Part shown: piece after piece, positions 38,721 through 52,665 of the stretch | Layout of the letters: the number at the start of each line of letters is the position of its first letter | Numbering within the stretch: position 1 is the stretch's first letter | Source of the DNA: the human T2T-CHM13v2.0 reference genome, Homo sapiens | DNA: 64,000 nucleotides | NCBI RefSeq assembly: GCF_009914755.1 | Contig: NC_060934.1 | Reading direction: 5' to 3' (one strand) | The notes under the pieces: model-generated | Database searches by the model: none | Told to the model about the DNA's origin: nothing | The model's input: only the letters and a program-made list of their open reading frames with translations | Translations under genes and position numbers: made by a program

Positions 38721-39779
38721 TAAATAGACATGTCCTCAGGCATTTGCTAAACCTTACTTAACTTGATTACACTAATAATCAATAATGTAGGTCTGTATCA
38801 GCTTTATAGATGAAGTGACTGAAGCTTAGAGTAGTTAAGTAACCTTTCCAGAATCATACAGCTAGGAGGTAATTAACAGAGTCTGGGGTCAAACCCCAGT
38901 CCCAGTAACTTCAGAGTCCAACTGCCTATACTGCCTCTTGGTCTCAGATGACTTGGGGGAAAGGTATCCCTTTCCACCTTGCCTGCTTGTGCAGGCATGA
39001 AATTTTATTGAAGTGATGCCAGAGAAGCACTTCCAGTGTGTCTGAAGAAAACTAATAGACTTTGTTTAATTTAGACCTGCCAAGAGTAGATTAAAGAACC
39101 TTATAAGTATGAAACAGTTCTTATTCCAGATAATATAAGCATTCACTCAGGTAATATAATCACATCTCAGTGGAACTTCAGCTATAGGGAGTAGATCTTC
39201 ATAGTAAATTAACATTCTGAGGAATTAACAAGTAACTGCAATGCCTTCCTTCCCAGCCTCTCTCCATGAAAAAGCTGAGGCACCTTACAAAGATCGACCT
39301 AAAACAAGGTGAAATAAGAAGATGAGAAAATTAGGACAAAGAGAAATAATATGGTAAAACAGAAAATAATTATTGCCTTAGTGTCATTGGCTAGAGTTTG
39401 GCCACCACATAATCCTAAGCTTCCTAGCAACTGAAGCAAAGAAAACCTATCCAGCTCTACAATTCACAGTGGGCACGAGATGAAAATAGAATGGTTGCTA
39501 GGGGGATACTCAGCTTTTCCTGCTCCCGGGACTGGAGAGAAGCTTGTGCTTTGGTCCCCAGGGAGGGGCCCTGTGCAATCACAGGGACAGCGCTTACAGC
39601 ATCTTCTCAGTGGTGGGAGTGCACCTCATGTGACTACATTCCCCTCTACTTTACCTCAAGCTCCTTGAGGGGTGTGTTCTTCATCATATATCAGAGCCCA
39701 GCACAGTGCCTGAGACATAGTAGGTGCTCATAATGTATTTTTGAATGAATGAATGTTATTTGTAATTTCTGTCAATGAA

Positions 39780-39970
39780 AGCCAATGGGTGGATACAAGA
39801 TCAATACACAAAAATTAATAATTTTTTCCATACATTAGCAATGAACCATCTGGAAATAAAATTTCTAAAAGTTCCACTTATAATATCATCCAAGCAATAA
39901 AATAATTAGGAGTAAATTTATCAAAAAAGATGCAAGACTTATCCACTGAAAACTACAGGACATTGTAGAA
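39780..39970 (+). mobile_element. L1M ORF2 fragment
   Basis: GGATACAAGATCAATACACAAAAAT..GCAAGACTTATCCACTGAAAACTACA. Confidence 0.75.
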
Positions 39971-42900
39971 AAACCAATGGCAAACATTTGAACAAATTCA
40001 TTAAAAGCAATTCTATGTGAAGCAAAAATACAGAGATTTTTAGGTATATGGCTTTCTGATGATCTGACTTGATCAAAAGGTGTAATTTAAAATTTTAAGA
40101 GGAATATTTAAGGTGAACATAGTTTTGGCAATTCTCTATGATTATTTCTTTTTGCAACCAAGCTCCTGATAAGAAGGAATCACAGAGAATTGGAGTTTGC
40201 ATTCTCTGTTTGCATTGCATCAGATTCTTGGTCAAGAATCTGAATGTTGCCAATAAAGGGTGCTGTTAGGAATTAAGGTGAGCCCATAACATATGTTCCG
40301 TAATTGCTTTGTGAATTGGAAAGGTGTGTATTGGATAAAATAACATCAGGGTGTATGTGAAAAATACACTGCCTCAAATGTTTAGCAGTACCTAATTAAA
40401 GACCCTTAAGATTACTGATTCCAATAATTAATCTGTATTCTGATGTATAAAGGTGTCGGTCGTTTTCATCAGCCCATTTTTTTGGGGCCCACAACATATG
40501 CTTAACAGTTCCCTAAACAACTCTATAAAGGAGGCACTGTTACCATCTCCTTTTACAGAAGAGGAAACTGAGGGCTAGGGAAGATAAGCCATTTGCCCAG
40601 GGTTCCACACTAGCATGTGATAGACCAGAACCTGCACCCAGACATCCATTTGCCCTGCTGTGCAGCCCCTCTCATTTCTGGCCTAAAGATAGCCAACAGC
40701 AGTTTCCTCTGATTTGCTAGAAGTATTTTTCCTGTTAGGTATAGTGTGTGCTTGGACTTTGGAGGCTTCATTTTGATGTTGTGCTCAGTATGCCACAATT
40801 AAAGAATTATCCTAATTTTAAGATCATCTTTCCAGAGAGTCCCTCAGAACTTCAGGATAACCAAGTACAGTCTGAATGACATTTGCCAAGTGTTGGCCTC
40901 GGAAAATTTATTGCTTCAACAGGGGCCTGTTGCCAGTAATGATTGGCCGACTTTTTTCTTGCCTAGCAAAGACTTTCATTCTGTAAAGGTAACTGAGAGT
41001 TTGTAGTTAAGATCTTGGACTCCAGACTCAGTGGACACGGTTCAAGTCCTGGCTTAATAATAGAACCTTCCACATAGTATTATTGGGAGGATTAAAGGAG
41101 GCTATCACATAGGGCACTTAGCACCATGGGGTGCTTAGAAAGCTTTTAAGAATGGTAGCTGCTAAAACATACAATCCTTTAAAGTTGGACTTTGGAGTAA
41201 GGAGTGCGCTTCGACAACCAGCAGTAGCTGCCAGCAGTTTAGACTGAGAATGGCTCTGTGCAGCCAAGCCTCCTAAAGCCACCTGGAAGCTCTCCAGTCT
41301 GGACTTTGAAAATTTAAATATTTTTCAAATTTATTTTTGACCAAGTTTAAAGAAAAGGGATTCCCACAGTGTGAAAGGGGCTGCCATAGCTTTGCCGTTT
41401 CCCCTAAGGAAGGGCCTGAGGGAAGCTTCTTTTTGTTGGTGGAAGAAATGAGGGGAGAGGGCAAGAGTTTGGGGTAGGGAAGAACTGGACTGGAAGCTGA
41501 GTCTGGTCCTCTTTAGTCTGCCTCTTCAGGCCCCCATCCCCGGCCACCTATTCCTCTTCTGTAAAACCAGGGCGCTGGACTAAGAGGCCCTTCCTGTGCC
41601 GACATTCTGTGAAACCATAAACGCTTGTCTTGAGCTACAGTTTAATGTGAGCCCTCAGGGCCCTTGTAAGTCTGGGCCATTGGAAAGATGTCTCCGCATC
41701 TTTCATGTGAGTCAAGAGGTGGCTTTGTCTTTTATCTTGTCTGGTGTCCATACATCCCAGCTTTAAATTCCTCTTAAAATTTGGAGCCAGGGAAAAATTT
41801 CTCTTGCTGCTTAAATCTTCACACTGTTTCTGATTGGACAATGCCAATGATACACCTCAGGGTATTTCTGTTATTGTTTCATTTGCCAAGAATCTCAGAG
41901 CTAAATGCAGTGACCAGCAATTGCGGCTTCCTTCAAACAAGTCAGGTCTCAAAATCTATCTTAAAACTGTATGTTGCTGTTTAATTTTATGTACTTTAAT
42001 GGAGAAGCCACATCAAATCCATTTGTGGCATTAAACAGGAAAAATCACCCATGCAGAATGACATAGTAAATAAATGCAGAAATGAATGAATACCCCTCCT
42101 CACTGTCAGCTGGCTCCTTCTCTGCCCCTAGTGAGTATGAAATTACAACAACAATAACAAATAAAATGTATAAAGGACCTACTCTGGACCAGTCACTGTT
42201 CTAAGTAGTTTATGTATATTTTCTCATTCAACAATCTTGTGTTTGGGGGTACTATTATTGTATTTATTTAAACATGAGGACAGGCAGGATTTGGGGGGAC
42301 ATTAGACCCTGCAAAATTCTTTGGCTTTGGGGGTCCTAGTGGTAGAGAGGCTTTGCCCCATCTGGTACTGGCTTGTTTATGTGGCTAATTAGTAAGCTAA
42401 CCAAAGTCAAACAACCAAGAAAAAGACAAGGAGGAGGAGGGGAGAATTGATGACCACAGAAGGCAGGAAAACCCTCTCTGGCTTCTGACTATCCTGAGAT
42501 CTACTCTGAACTCCGGTACTGACTTGAGGAATCTGTGGCGTCTCAGAGGCAGTCCATATTTTGGAATGTGTTTGGGGGTAGAGCTGTGCTTGGAGGAGTC
42601 ATCCCGAGTTCCTGCAGACAGGACTGTTAGGAGGCCAGCTGGGCTGCAGGGTGTTCCACATGTCCATTGAGGCACCCTGCCTACACCTGATGAGTTTGTA
42701 GAAACATTCCCCAGCGGTTGCCTGACTTCCAGGGCTGGCACTAAAGGGGGAACTAGTCAGCCCATCTGACCATGAGTCCTAAATAGTTCCCATGGAATAT
42801 TCAGTGCTCTGCACTTACTTCTCTTAGCACTGAATGCCAGAACGGCCACTAGCAGGGGCAGGATGGGAAACTGTAGTAGCCTGTCACGAGCAGGCTGATC

Positions 42901-43284
42901 ATCCAGGGCCTGGCCTGGAAGACAGACTGGGTAAGTATAGTCTTCATTTGGCCATTGTGCTCAACTGGCAATGTGCCCACAGTCAATATGCAGATGTCTA
43001 GATGTGGCCAAATAATAATACAATTTTAAAAAACAAATAATCGAGAATTTGCATGTTCAAAATATCTCTCAGTCAACAAATATTTGTTGAGCCATCCCCT
43101 GTGCCCAGTACAATGCCAGATCCTGGGGGCATGGCAGCAAGCAAGCTCGTTGGGGACCTGCTGATTGGGAGCTCACAGTGAGCAGGCAGGCATGTGATTA
43201 TTCTGCAGGCAGTGACTTCTGGTGTGGTTAAGTGCTGTGCTGGGGAAGCTTTGTCTTTTGGAATCTCTTTGGGTAGCTCTTTAA

Positions 43285-43540
43285 TCTGGAGATGGTATCA
43301 TTGCTCAAAACATTTTTGGAGCTGCCCTTTAGGAATTGCCTTTAGAACTGATTTGGGTCACACAGTAAAATCTATCTCACTTTTATTTTACGGCCACACC
43401 CAGCTTGTGACCAAAAATGGTATTGCCCAGCTTGACGACCCATTTTATTTTCTAGTCTTGGCTCTGATTTGCTTGTAAGCCAAAATTACATCCACCCTTT
43501 AAAGATGGATATTTATGACCACTGAGCATATTAGCAGTAA
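43285..43540 (+). mobile_element. MARNA-like ancient mariner remnant
   Basis: CATTGCTCAAAACATTTTTGGA and CAGCTTGACGACCCATTTTATTTTCTAGTCTTGGCTC (degenerate HPPYSPDLAP-coding segment)..TCCACCCTTTAAAG. Confidence 0.55.
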
Positions 43541-44141
43541 TTTGGATAATTTTGAAGCAATTTCTCACTTGCCTAAGCTCCCATTGTCCTTTATATCTCT
43601 GTTGTAACACTGTCCAATCTCTCTTGCAGCTGAATTACCTCCTTCTGCCTGTGTTTTCCCCACTAGGGTGGGGGTCTTGGAGGATAGGCCCATATGTCTA
43701 CACTCTCTGCAGTGCCCAGCACGGAGCACATGTTCAAAATGTGTATTTATTATAATTGAATGTATGGGTTGAATTGAAAGGAATCCAAGAGGTGTCTCAG
43801 GATTGCTCTGAGTAACAGGAGCACTGTTGGAATGATGGGCAGCCCAGTGGGCTCTGGAATCTCACAGGTCTGCCTCCAGTCCCTATTTGTCCCCTTGACC
43901 AGCTGTGTGGCCCTATGCAAATCATTCATTCCCTCAGATCCTTCATTTCCTCATCTGTGGAATAGAGATAATAATACTTGCCTTACTGGGGCTATTATAA
44001 GGACAAGTGGAATATTCACATAGTGCCCTAAGCACAGTGCCTAAATGGAGGTGATTAGTATTCTTGTAATATTGGAGCGAATTCTTGTTTGGATGCATAA
44101 ATTCTGATTAAAAAAAAATAACTCACCCAGAAGTCACATTA

Positions 44142-44503
<362 letters not shown>

Positions 44504-44533
44504 CTAGAGCCCATCTAAGTCCAACCTCCTAAT

Positions 44534-44833
44534 TTTCTTTTTCTTTTGTAGAGAGAGGGTCTTGCTCTGACATCCAGGCTGGAGTGCAGTGGTGTGATCA
44601 CAGCTGTAACCTCAAACTCCTGGGCTCAAGTTATCCTCCTACCTCAGCCTGTCAAGTAGCGGAGACTACAGGCGCACACCACCATGCCCAGCTAATTTTA
44701 ATGTTTGTAGAGGTGGTGGGGGAGGGGTCTTACCATGTTGCCCAGGAAGGCCTTGAACTCCTGACCTCAAGCCATCCTCCCACTTCGTCCTCCCAAAGTG
44801 TTGGGATTACAGGCATGAGCCACCATGCCTGTC
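44534..44833 (-). mobile_element. AluJ
   Basis: Two arms; TSD CCAACCTCCTAAT. Confidence 0.92.
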
Positions 44834-45199
44834 CCCAACCTCCTAATATTAATGAGATTCAAAAAGGGAAGTGGACTGACTAAAGTCATTGGTTCATGAC
44901 AGAACTGGGCCAGGCCAGAGCTCTTTTCATGTGACGTTTGATACTTACCCCTACATTTGGAGGTGCCACCTTCCTTGCAAGGGCCTTGCATTTAGGCCAG
45001 GAGCTCGGATACTGGCACTTCTGGACAATGGTAGCCAAGAATTTAGGATATGCACTTGGGGAGCCACAGCACATGCTTTGCACACCCTTTTGCAGCAACA
45101 CTTTGTCCCTCTGCAGGGTGTTGAGCATGCTGCTGTGGTTGTGTAGCTCACAAAGCTGGCATAAGCAATACAAACTGGTGGTTAGGAAGCATGCTGACA

Positions 45200-45390
45200 A
45201 ACCTGGTACCATTACCTAATAGCTTACCACTACTTGATCTCTCTGAGCTTCACCTTCTTCACCTGTAGCATAGGAACAATAATGGAATCCACCCTATAGG
45301 GTTGTTGTGAAGGTTAAATGAGATAATGCATGAAAGTGCTTACACATTGCCTGGCACAGGATAAACACTTCTTAAAATTTACTATTATGA
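45200..45390 (+). mobile_element. MIR SINE
   Basis: GGGTTGTTGTGAAGGTTAAATGAGATAATGCATGAAAGTGCTT..GCCTGGCACA. Confidence 0.8.
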
Positions 45391-46186
45391 TCAGTAATAC
45401 ATCCAAACCAAATATTCTGCCTCTGGCATCTCCACTAGTCTCAAGCTAACCTCTAATCTGCAATGAAGCCTTACCAGGTCTCTCTTCCAAGCAGGTGCTG
45501 TTGACAGACTTTTACCCCTCCCTTCACAAACATGACCTCTCACATCTCCTGTTTCACCCCAACCATGGACCACAAGATCCTAAAGTAATCAATAGCAGTT
45601 GCCCATCAATAATAGGGCTAGGAACTCCTGGGTTTTCTTGTTCATCATCAGTTATAGGAAGAAAAATTGGCCACTGGCTTAAACAAATACTGTCTTTCTT
45701 AGGAGTTGTCTTTACTTTGAAGGCACTTAGACCCTTGGGAGGCTCTGCTATTCTGCAGCATGGCAGGTGCCCACATACCTGGATGGCTGCCTTCTATTAT
45801 TATTCCCTTGATACTGGGTTCTTTGCACATGTATACACTTTGGGTTCTATTTGCTACCCTTTTTTTTAAACTTGACTAAAACAGTGAGTAATTGGGAAGT
45901 TCTGAATTTCTATTTGGAAAACAAATTGATGAGATCAGAAAAATCCAAGTAATCCTAAATTTACAGAAGCCAGATTACTAAAACGCAAGGACATTTTTTT
46001 GTAATGTAGAAAAGTTATGTTTCACAGAGGTTTTTGCAATGCCCTGACTCTGGATCGCAGCCCTCCCTCGATTCTGGGTATTACATCATTTCATTTCAGC
46101 TAATGTAAACACTCATCACCCTGCACGTTGCAGGATTTTTCACTGTGATTTGAGATTGGGCTTCATTCAGTGGGTCGTGGTGATTA

Positions 46187-46468
46187 ATGGTTTCAGAAGG
46201 AAGTGCAGCAGGAAGAGACTTTGCAGGAATGGAAGAGGTGAGGCAGCTCCACGTGAGATTCTGCAAAGGGATTAAGATTTGGCACCAGGCTTGGTTTCTG
46301 TGCAGCCTCTTAGGCAGAGAGCCCCAGGAGAGGGAAGCAGGCTGTCAGCTGTGGCTTTGCACGCTCTCAGCTGTCTTGAAGGTTGGTTGGCTCTTCCCGC
46401 TCTCTGAGGTACCCAATTTTACCTTGTTAAAGGATGGATGTGGATGCTGGAGGCTTAAAGAAGACCAG
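46187..46468 (+). CDS. Candidate alternative first coding exon (94 codons, MVSEGSAAGRDFAGMEEVRQ..RLKEDQ, phase-0 donor)
   Basis: Non-repeat sequence; in-frame TGA at 46181 just upstream of ATG 46187; second ATG at 46229 in good Kozak context (GGAATGG); frame open to a strong donor CAG|GTAAGG at 46468/46469; no partner exon identified in the window. Confidence 0.45.
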
Positions 46469-48689
46469 GTAAGGGTTCTTGTTGTCTAAGAAATCCCCCA
46501 GTGTTCTTAATGCATGGAATCCTGGGGACTGTTTCTTTACTAGCACCATTGTGCAGTGTTAGCCAAAATACAATTCCTCTGAGACATTTTACAAAGAAGA
46601 TCAGAGAAGTTTCTTTCCTTGTTAAGAAAGTTTCTAAAATGTTTTAACCTAAAATGTTTAACTATAGAGATACAAATTATTTTTCTTGCTGTGCAATTCA
46701 GCTTTGAGATTTTTTTTGCATGTTAATCTACAAGATCTCGATAGGTATCCTGAGAGTTTATTAGATGTTTGTTTTCATTCCTTTTGCAATGGCCTATGGT
46801 ATATTATGTATCAACATTTAATGTGATGAAAACGTCTCACTTATATTCTTCAGGATACTCGCTTTTGAATAAATTGCTCTTCTTTTTGCAGATTTGGTTT
46901 GTTGCTTTCTTTTTTACCTTTTGGCTTTTGTGATTATAATACTAGTAAGGAATATCCTGAAGTAGTTATAGTTTTTTTTCTAAGAGGAAAAAACTATACT
47001 CAGGAGTTAAATGCAAACATTTGATAGCATCCCTGATTAAAATGAGCTACATGTTTTTTGGTGTTTCAAATATGCTTTTTAAAAAATTTTCAGTGTAAAT
47101 GTCCATAGTTTTGGGAAAGGTAATGCAGTTTATCTGAGTGGTCATTTACTTATAAACATTAAAAGGATATTAGACCTTTGATAAGATTAGCTGAAGAAGA
47201 GGTCATTGAAAGGAGTAGTTTTCTGCTCACCACCAACTCATTTCCAAATTCTGTTGCTTTTCTTAAAAAAAAAAAGGAGTTAAAAATAACCCAGAATAAA
47301 ACTTGAAAACTGTTTTGTTTCTCTGTATTTGGCTAACTTCATCCCAAAGTACTGTGTTTAAGGAATTCAAGCTATGAAGACTACTCTTGAAATGGCTCAC
47401 ATAATTCTATCTGCGAATTTCCATAATCCTTTTCAAGAGCATATGATGTTTTATGAGTGTTAGGGTTAAAAATTTCAATTAAGTGTTCATTCCTTCTACA
47501 ACCCTGAGAGATGGATAACAACCCTCAGAAAAATAACATGAGAAATTGTGTCCGTGTCCTGACGCAGGCTCATTTTTCCTGTCCAAAGTTGTGTGGAAAG
47601 GGGGCATTTGGCATCTCTCCTTCCTTATGGAAGGTGCGGGGTGTCTTGGTAGAAGTGAATGTCTGTGGTCTTTGTGGTAGATGGATAGATGCAGGGACTC
47701 CTGATCACTTTAATTTATTGGAAATCAAATGTTTTCATTAGATGTAGGGGACTGTGACTCTCCAGCTTTGGTTGAGTGGGACGAGGTCTATGCACTCAGT
47801 GGTTCTTCTTGTTTTTGTTCGGTGAGCCCTTTCAGCCTATGTCGTCCTGTTTTTCTTTTTGGAAACAGACTGGCAGCAGTCTCTTGCGTTTTGTGTTACT
47901 TTAATCTAGCATTTTAACCATTGTATTTTCTTTTAGTGGGATGGCTAATAGTAAGGTTGGCTTGAGCCTCAATTTGAGAAGGTGTGAGAATAGCTGTAAT
48001 CTTTAGGAAAAGAAAATCATTCCAAGAGTTAAAACATGCAGACTCTTAATTGTGCTGTGTCCATTCTATTTTAGAGGAATCTAGACAAGCTATTGTTACA
48101 AATGCTTTTCCTCAAATGTTTTCAGAAGACCAAAAAATATATATATAATTTTTTGTCAGTGTATTACATTATCCTCATTCTGTCTTTTTTCTCCTTATCT
48201 GTCATTTTGGAGAGAGGGAAAATTGTTCAGGTAAACAATTGAGGAACAATTGCCAGAAACATCTGGGAACAGTCGCCATGGATTATCTTTTCCTTCTTAA
48301 TGTGATCTTGATGAAGGTTTTACTTGTTTGGTCTTTTTATTTCTATTAAAATGGTAAGACATGTGCATGGTTGAAAAAAATTCAAACAGTACAAAAAGGG
48401 TAAACAATGAAAAGCCTCCTCCATGGCATCTTAACACTCAGTTCTTCCCTCAGCAGTAAACAATGCTTTAGATCTGTGCTTTTCAAACTTTCGTATGCCT
48501 AAGCAACACCTGCAGAGTTGGTTACAACACAGCTTCTGAGGCTCTTTGGGGTGTGAGGAGTAGATTGAGAGGGGAGAGAAAGATAACTATAGTTCATTAT
48601 ATAACTATAGTCTACAGTACCTAAGAGACAGGTGGAATTTGAGGATTCTAGTGACAGCAGGAGACAGGGGTATAAAGAAAAAAAGACTG

Positions 48690-50221
48690 TTGAGTTTCTT
48701 AGGAATTGAAAATGCTCTTGAGATAGTTGGCAATGAAGAGTAAGAAGCCAGGGTCATGAAACAGAGTATTAGAGTAGTGAAGAAATCCAAGGAGCTTCAG
48801 CATAAAAATGCCATCAGGAGAGGCCCAGTGGGTGGAAATAGGGAAATAGTCAATAGTTAATGGAAAATATAGCAATAGAAGGGGGTTATGGGCCACCTGA
48901 CAAGGATAATGAGATTGAGCTGGAAACTGGAATAGGACTGGCCAAGCTAAAAAAAAATCAGGCCAATTAGCAATAATGAGAGTGTTTATTCACTTGTAGA
49001 TTGGCAAAATACCTCCCTGGAATGAACTAGGACAAATGATCATTTCCTGTGCTAATGATTTTATAGCAGAAAAGAAAAAGAAATACCATAGAAGGTACAG
49101 GGAGGTGTCTGTGTGTGAGCCACTGTAATTTAATAACCCTAAGAAATGTAAGATTAACGGTCTGATGCAAGGAACGGAAAACCAAGATAATGTATACCTG
49201 ACGAGAATTTTAAAAGCATGAATAGTAATTATGAAAAATAGTCAATAAACCTCAAGAATCTTGTCAATGAATTTTTTTTAAAAAAGGTTAACTGCCAAAC
49301 ACCTTTTCAGAAACACAAAATATGACAGGATTCAAAAAATCATTTTGAGAGGCACGGGTGAGAAGAACTAGGTTTTTTTCCCTACCCCACCTTCTTTGTC
49401 CAATAAAGTAAGAAGAAACAACCGACGCTAAACACTTTCTTTGTGGCAGGTATTGTGTGAAATCCTTTATGTTCCTTAATTTATTTTGCCCTTATAGCTC
49501 TGGAGGTTGGGATCATAATTATTATTTACAGATACAGTGCAAAGAGAATTGCTCAAGGAAGAGCATATTCCTTCATAAGGAAGGGACATCTTTGAAAAAA
49601 TAGGAAGTTCAGTTGGAAAACCAGAGAAACCCACCTAGAAAGCCCAGTAAAAAAGTTCACATAATTTAAGGAGCATTCTATAAGAAACTGACATTAAAGC
49701 AAAAATAAGAGAGACTTTTATAGGAATCGAAGTGAAGGAGCAAGGCAAAGATAAGGAAGAGACTTCAATAAGGAAGAGACATCTTTGAAAAAAATAGGAA
49801 GTTCAGTTGGAAAACCAGAGAAACCCACCTAGAAAGCCCAGTAAAAAGGTTCACACATAATTTAAGGAGCATTCTATAAGAAACTGACATTAAAGCAAAA
49901 ATAAGAGAGACTTTTATAGGAATCAAAGTGAAGGAACCAGGCAAAGATCCAGCAGAACCTTTGCAGATGCTCAGAATACTCCTTGGGCGATAGAAAAGGG
50001 AGCCAGCAGACACAATAAATTATTTGCCTTGGTCTTTTCAGAAAAATATATCAAAATCATCTTTAGAAGCAGAGGTACTAGATCAAAAAGTAGTAAATGA
50101 ACAGAATGTTCTAGACTGAGTTGACAAACTGGATATGGATAAATCACAGGGACAGGTTGGCCTTCATCCAAGAGTTCTAAAGGAATTCAAGGGTGAAATC
50201 ATGGAGCTGTTGTTAAAAGCA
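48690..50221 (+). mobile_element. Ancient CR1/L3-family LINE ORF2 fossil (endonuclease to pre-RT region)
   Basis: Hand translation: 48863-48919 ENIAIEGGYGPPDKDNEIE (~NIxVGxYYRPPDQDxE, APE endonuclease); TNDHF near 49035 (~SDH); FALVF near 50025 (~FFASVFT); 50105-50221 NVLD*VDKLDMDKSQGQVGLHPRVLKEFKGEIMELL (~KLxxxKSPGPDGIHPRVLKEL..EIAELL). Confidence 0.82.
49575..49948. repeat. Tandem duplication, ~180-bp unit, period 193
   Basis: Copies at 49575-49752 and 49768-49948 are near-identical and separated by a 15-nt filler AAGGAAGAGACTTCA. Confidence 0.95.
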
Positions 50222-50882
50222 ACTCATTTTTACTTTTGAAAGTCTAGCAGCCCCCTAAACCTTGGTTGCCTGGTAAAATTGCCCAGCTCCATCTCCCTGC
50301 AGTACATTATTTAAACATAAATTATAATCTGTATGTAAAATGTAAAATATAATAAATCAAATAATGTTTTCAATAACTGTGATTTTGAATTCCCAAACCA
50401 TGTCATGTCACTGTTTTGAAAGTCTTTGTGAACGTTTCATTCTTGAAATTGCTGAGAATTACCAGCCCCTTACAATCATGTAAAATAAGCTTATCATAAT
50501 TCATGTGAACTCAGTAGCAAAAGCACAAAGAAACAAATAGGCAGTGACTCAGTTGCAAGAAAGTATTCATCATACAATGTTACTTCACTAAAGGGGGAAA
50601 AGAATCCTGCAGCCTCAGAAACAGACAGTCAGTGTCCATTAATTAAATAAATGCCATGTGAAGGATTTGAAAACTAATCAGCTTTTGAGTTCCTAGCTGC
50701 ACAGTCCCACTGCCCAATTTGCCTGGTGGTCTGGCCCTGCTCCCATTTATCTCAGGCCTTCTTCCATTTCTTATGGTCTTGACTCTGCCTAGGTCTGCAG
50801 CCCAGGTGCTCTGTTCTCTGCTTTACTGCAGGTGGCCCTAGTTTTCTATCACTCATGACCTGCACTCTGTGTCGCAGAGTAG

Positions 50883-51333
<451 letters not shown>

Positions 51334-52433
51334 TCGGTATTTCTTTTGAGCTCCTAGAATGTACCAGGCATTGTACGAGGTATACAAATATGAACAAGAC
51401 AGCCACCGTGTTAGAGAGAAACAGTAAACAATTACAGTAGAGCAGAGTTCCTCAACCTAGACACTAGGTTGACATCCAATTATTTCCTAGAGGCAAAATT
51501 GCCTCTGTTTGAGAACCACTGTGGGAGAGTATGACAGGTGCATGAATGGAGAAAGAATAGGCCATTATGGGAGTTCATAGCAGGGCTTCCTAATGCAGAC
51601 CTGGAGGTGAAGGAAGACTGCCTAGAGGAAGTCATATCCTGCAAGACATCTGCAGGGTGAGTAGCCCTCACATGAAAGTTGGAAGAGGACAGTCAAGGAA
51701 GGGAATGATTAGACATGGAGACCAGAGGGAGGAAACCCTGGGTCAGTCATGGGTAACTACTCTTACCAGTGGTGGACGCTCCTTTTGGTGCCAGCCTTAT
51801 CAATCCCAAGTGCCAGAGTTTCACACCCGGCATCTGACAGCATGCTTTCAGAGGCTGTGCTCATGCACGTAGCTGCCACTAGATGAGGAGTGATGCTGGT
51901 TTAGAGATCCTTAGGCTTAGTGGTCTCGGGTGCAAAAGGGGAGGAAATCGATATCTAATTCCATAGAAGTAGAATTCTCACTAAATTAACTGCCCCTTTC
52001 AACTCCAATGCCTATTTTTGATTAGCTAAATCTAAGTTCATTTGACCAAGATTAAAAACTTATTAGCAAAAAAACTTCTTTTCTTACATGGCTACTCCAC
52101 AAACTGTTTCCAACTGCTGGTAACTGCAGACCATTTTGGCAACTGTTTAGCAAAGAATACATTGTAATCATCCTTAAAATACCTCCCTTTTCCCTCTATT
52201 TTCTTTATAGCTGGCTCCTTTCTAGAGAGAGACTGGTCTGTATTTCTGCCAGCAAAGACCCGTTGGCCACATACTGGGTCAGCCTCGGGACTCATGCAAT
52301 GACAGGCACATTCAAGAAAGATGCACTTTGTGTCTTCACATCGTAGGATCCCCTCTGCAGCATGCCTTTTCCTATTGGCTCCTTGATCCCCTTGTCCCTC
52401 AGGGGCCTTTCAATTTCTTTCTTTCTTTCTTTC

Positions 52434-52665
52434 TTTCTTTCAATTGTTTTGCTTTGGTTTCGGTTTTGAGACAGGATCTCTCTCTGTCACCCAGGCTGGA
52501 GTGCAGTGGCACAATCTTGGCTCACTGTAACCTCCACCTCCCAGGTTCAAGCGATCCTCTCACCTCAGCCTCCTGAGTAGCAGGGACTACAGGCATGCAC
52601 CACTGCACCTGGCTAATTTTTGTAATTTTTGTAGAAATGAGGTTTCATTATGTTTCCCAGGCTGG
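52434..52665 (-). mobile_element. 5'-truncated Alu
   Basis: Right arm plus part of the left arm; TSD AATTTCTT. Confidence 0.88.

Noticed and set aside
49575-49948. Repeat-spacer-repeat pattern as CRISPR-like (also 63728-63796)
   Set aside because: Only two units each, eukaryotic context, no cas genes; ordinary tandem duplications
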